Shown: one piece after another, positions 50,370 through 52,821 of the stretch
Layout of the letters: each line of letters starts with the position of its first letter
Position numbering within the stretch: the stretch's first letter is position 1
The notes under the pieces: model-generated
What the model saw: the letters and a program-made list of their open reading frames with translations, nothing else
What the model was told of the DNA's origin: nothing
Databases searched by the model: none
IMG/VR virus record: IMGVR_UViG_3300045988_133004
Span: 1 to 52,821 of that record
Strand: one strand, 5' to 3'
Origin: a virus
DNA length: 52,821 nt
Position numbers and translations under genes: made by a program

Positions 50370-51252
50370 CCTTAAAAGATATGTTCCTATTGTTTATAAT
50401 GGAATACAAGAAATGGATAATATTATAAACACAGAGCAACAAGAAATAGATACTTTGTATGGCGAAATGAAACTTGCTTATAATAGGCAAACTGTAATAA
50501 ATGCTGATGAAAAAGGAATATCTTTATATGAAGCAATACTTAATATAAATTCTGATAGTTCAGCAGAAGGCCTAGAATTTAGAAAGCAAAAAGTTATACT
50601 TCAATTAACAACTGCACCTCCATTCAGTTTTAATTTTTTACTGCAACAGCTAGATAAAATAGCAGGTAGAGTAAATTATAAAGCGTGGATAGATTTTAAC
50701 AATTATACTTTATACATTCAATCTGAAACAAGCAATAAATTATGGTTTAACGAATTAACTTTACTTCTTGCTAGAATTAAACCAGCCAATATTTTATATG
50801 TATATATTGGATATAACAAAACAAATATAGGTGTAAAAAGTGAAACATCTTATAAGGTGTCAGAATGGAAATACAAATTAAATGGTACATGGAGATTAGG
50901 CGAGTATGCTTTTTATGTGGATGGTGAAGAAACAAAAATGGGTACAAATAACGTAAAAGATTTTACATTAAATAAGGTTACTGAATATGTAAAATCTATA
51001 GTAGACAATGTTTATATAAATGATAGTGAAGTATGCTCTAAAGATAATTTCTCTTTATTTGATGTGTCAGATAATCTATTACAAATAGAATTTATATATC
51101 CATTAGTAGCAAAAGCAACAACTAAAGAAATAACTAATTTAAAAATAAGGGACGCTTCAAACAATGTTTTAATAGAAAAAGATTTATATATTGCCGTAGA
51201 TGAAAACGTAACAGTACATCTTGATATAAATATATTGGAGGTATTAAGTTAA
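50359..51252 (+). CDS. XkdU-like (DUF2313/YmfQ-like) baseplate/tail protein
   Basis: N-terminal LKRYVPIVYNGIQEMDNIINTEQQEID pattern. Synteny. Confidence 0.65.
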   Translation: MLHDLKRYVPIVYNGIQEMDNIINTEQQEIDTLYGEMKLAYNRQTVINADEKGISLYEAILNINSDSSAEGLEFRKQKVILQLTTAPPFSFNFLLQQLDKIAGRVNYKAWIDFNNYTLYIQSETSNKLWFNELTLLLARIKPANILYVYIGYNKTNIGVKSETSYKVSEWKYKLNGTWRLGEYAFYVDGEETKMGTNNVKDFTLNKVTEYVKSIVDNVYINDSEVCSKDNFSLFDVSDNLLQIEFIYPLVAKATTKEITNLKIRDASNNVLIEKDLYIAVDENVTVHLDINILEVLS

Positions 51253-52821
51253 TGGCGGAAGTTATACCACAAATAACCATAGATGACTCAAAAGTAAAAG
51301 AAACATGGGTGCAAAATGAAGTCGTAACGAATGATGTTTACAATGCTATAAATAAAGCTGTTATTAATTTAAAAGATAATAACAATTTACTAGACTCAAA
51401 TGCAATGTTGTTTAGAGAGGAATATAATTCATCTTCTAAAGATTTAAATAACGCTATTCATCAAGGTGTATATTCTTTCACAAGTTCGGCTGTCAATGCT
51501 CCTAGTGGTGTTAACGGTGGTAATTTATTAGTAACAAACACATCTAAAAATGAACAAGGTTCAAGCATTATCACTCAAATTGCATTTTGCCACAATGGAG
51601 CAGTTTATGCTAGGACTAAAAATATAAACGAAAATTTTACAGCGTGGAATAAACTTGCTTATATAACAGATAACGTTGCTAGTGCAACAGAAGCTGGTAA
51701 TATAGATAAAGGATATATAAATACAGATTTTCCGTTATCTGATTTTAGAGAAGTAGTTCTAGGTAGAAATAACATTGGCTTCTGTGTTCGACCATTTTCT
51801 TCACAATTTGCAAACGGCTCTTATCCTAATAGTTCAGGTGTTGGTTTTGGCGCAGGAGATACACATGGATATTTACAGGTTAACTATGTCGACGCTGTGG
51901 CTTATATTGGCGGTGGCAATAATAATAAAATAAACTGGTATAAAAAATTAGTCTTTTCCGATGGTACAGGCGCAACAGGAACATGGGGAATAAATATTTC
52001 TGGTAATGCTAATACTGCTAACAGCGCAACCAAAGCTACGCAAGACAGCCAAGGACAGCAAATAAATACAACTTATGTAAAAGGTGTTACAGGTTCTGGT
52101 GCCACATTAACGATAACAAAAGGAAATGGAACAACAAATACTGTTACTATTAATAATGTAGCACATTCTACACGTGCGGATAGTGCAACAGAAGCAGGTA
52201 ATATAAATTCAGGTTTTGAAAACAATGGTGTAAATTTTCCTGCTACGGATTTTAGAATATCAGTTTTAAATAGAAGTGGTCGTGGGTATTCTGTAAGACC
52301 ATTTTTCGGTAAATTACCAAATAATGCTTATACATCTAGTGCTGGTATAGGTTTTGGTGCAGGAGATACACATGGATTTTTACAATGTAGTTACAGCTAC
52401 CCTATAGCTTATATTGGTGGAGGAAGTGCAAATAAAATTAATTGGAGCAAACAAGTTGCATTTACAGAAAGCCCTGCATTTAGTGGTACACCTACAGCAC
52501 CAACACCTAGTGCAAGTGATAAGAGCACTAAAATCGCCACCACCGCTTTTGTTAAATCTTTATTTACAGCAAGCAAACAAGAAAATGGCTGGTGGAAAGA
52601 TGGAAACACGGGCATAATATGGCAATGGGGGCAAGAAGCAAATTATCATGATGTTATGGATAATAAGTACGGTAGTAGTGGCTCTTTAAATTTTCCTATA
52701 TCTTTTCCGAATAAATGTTTAGCAGTAATGCCTTACTTGATAGGAAGTAGAACTTTTTGCTGTGTTAGTGTTTCTAGCTTCACTAATTCAACAATTACTG
52801 TACATTGGGATGAGTGGTCAT
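51252..52821 (+). CDS. tail fiber protein (runs off the window end and continues at 1..102)
   Basis: My own translation. No stop to the window end. Contains the fiber motif SDKSTKIATTAFV and a gp53-like C-terminal domain (NGWWKDGNTGIIWQWG..FPISFPNKCLAV). Not in the ORF track because it is open-ended. Confidence 0.85.
   Translation, partial: MAEVIPQITIDDSKVKETWVQNEVVTNDVYNAINKAVINLKDNNNLLDSNAMLFREEYNSSSKDLNNAIHQGVYSFTSSAVNAPSGVNGGNLLVTNTSKNEQGSSIITQIAFCHNGAVYARTKNINENFTAWNKLAYITDNVASATEAGNIDKGYINTDFPLSDFREVVLGRNNIGFCVRPFSSQFANGSYPNSSGVGFGAGDTHGYLQVNYVDAVAYIGGGNNNKINWYKKLVFSDGTGATGTWGINISGNANTANSATKATQDSQGQQINTTYVKGVTGSGATLTITKGNGTTNTVTINNVAHSTRADSATEAGNINSGFENNGVNFPATDFRISVLNRSGRGYSVRPFFGKLPNNAYTSSAGIGFGAGDTHGFLQCSYSYPIAYIGGGSANKINWSKQVAFTESPAFSGTPTAPTPSASDKSTKIATTAFVKSLFTASKQENGWWKDGNTGIIWQWGQEANYHDVMDNKYGSSGSLNFPISFPNKCLAVMPYLIGSRTFCCVSVSSFTNSTITVHWDEWS
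51681..51956 (+). repeat. tail fiber internal domain repeat, copy 1
   Basis: SATEAGNIDKGY...VRPF...GVGFGAGDTHGYLQ..AYIGGGNNNKINWYKKLVF. Confidence 0.8.
52182..52463 (+). repeat. tail fiber internal domain repeat, copy 2
   Basis: SATEAGNINSGF...VRPF...GIGFGAGDTHGFLQ..AYIGGGSANKINWSKQVAF. Confidence 0.8.

Overview
The window is a complete, circularly closed phage genome. Bases 1-55 are identical to 52767-52821, so the unique length is about 52,766 bp. It is AT-rich, with AGGAGG-type ribosome-binding sites, SigA-type promoters and genomically encoded CCA on its tRNAs, which points to a Clostridia-like Firmicutes host (inference).

Layout:
1. A rightward late arm runs from 33.1 kb round to 4.3 kb. 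It encodes TerS, an intein-containing TerL, an SPP1-type portal, a Mu-F-like head protein, scaffold, decoration and E-type major capsid proteins, connectors, and a PBSX/Xkd-like contractile tail (sheath, tube, frameshifted chaperone, tape measure, XkdP-U-like baseplate). The tail fiber crosses the contig junction. A lysis cassette and a sigma-like regulator follow.
2. A long leftward early and replication arm runs from 31.6 kb to 5.3 kb. It encodes Dam methylase, ERF, Gp157, SSB, DnaB, a DnaD-like initiator with internal iterons, a DUF1064 protein and many tiny ORFs. About 15 of these sit in monocistronic cassettes, each with a near-consensus TTGCAT-N17-TATAAT promoter and its own hairpin terminator.
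3. Three small rightward islands interrupt the early arm: Rha, a Bro/KilAC antirepressor, and a cysteine-rich/membrane cassette.

The most unusual region is a 1.45-kb protein-free, more G+C-rich hub at 31.6-33.1 kb. Back-to-back consensus promoters there drive two large structured RNAs:
- A leftward ~380-nt RNA closed by an 11-bp helix, of unknown class.
- A rightward ~670-nt ornate RNA (ROOL/GOLLD-like by context), followed by two tRNAs (Cys-GCA and an atypical short-variable-arm UAG tRNA) and a terminator.

Other notable items:
- A 133-aa mini-intein in TerL.
- A seven-repeat FCS/TRASH zinc-ribbon locus interrupted by a poly-A frameshift and an in-frame TAA.
- A lysozyme-like gene with no canonical start codon.
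- A Panacea-domain gene pair.
- Two promoter-to-terminator sRNA candidates.
- Operator-like inverted 14-mers.

I recognised no integrase, CI-type repressor or CRISPR array. All family calls come from motif recognition by eye and need HMM or covariance-model confirmation.
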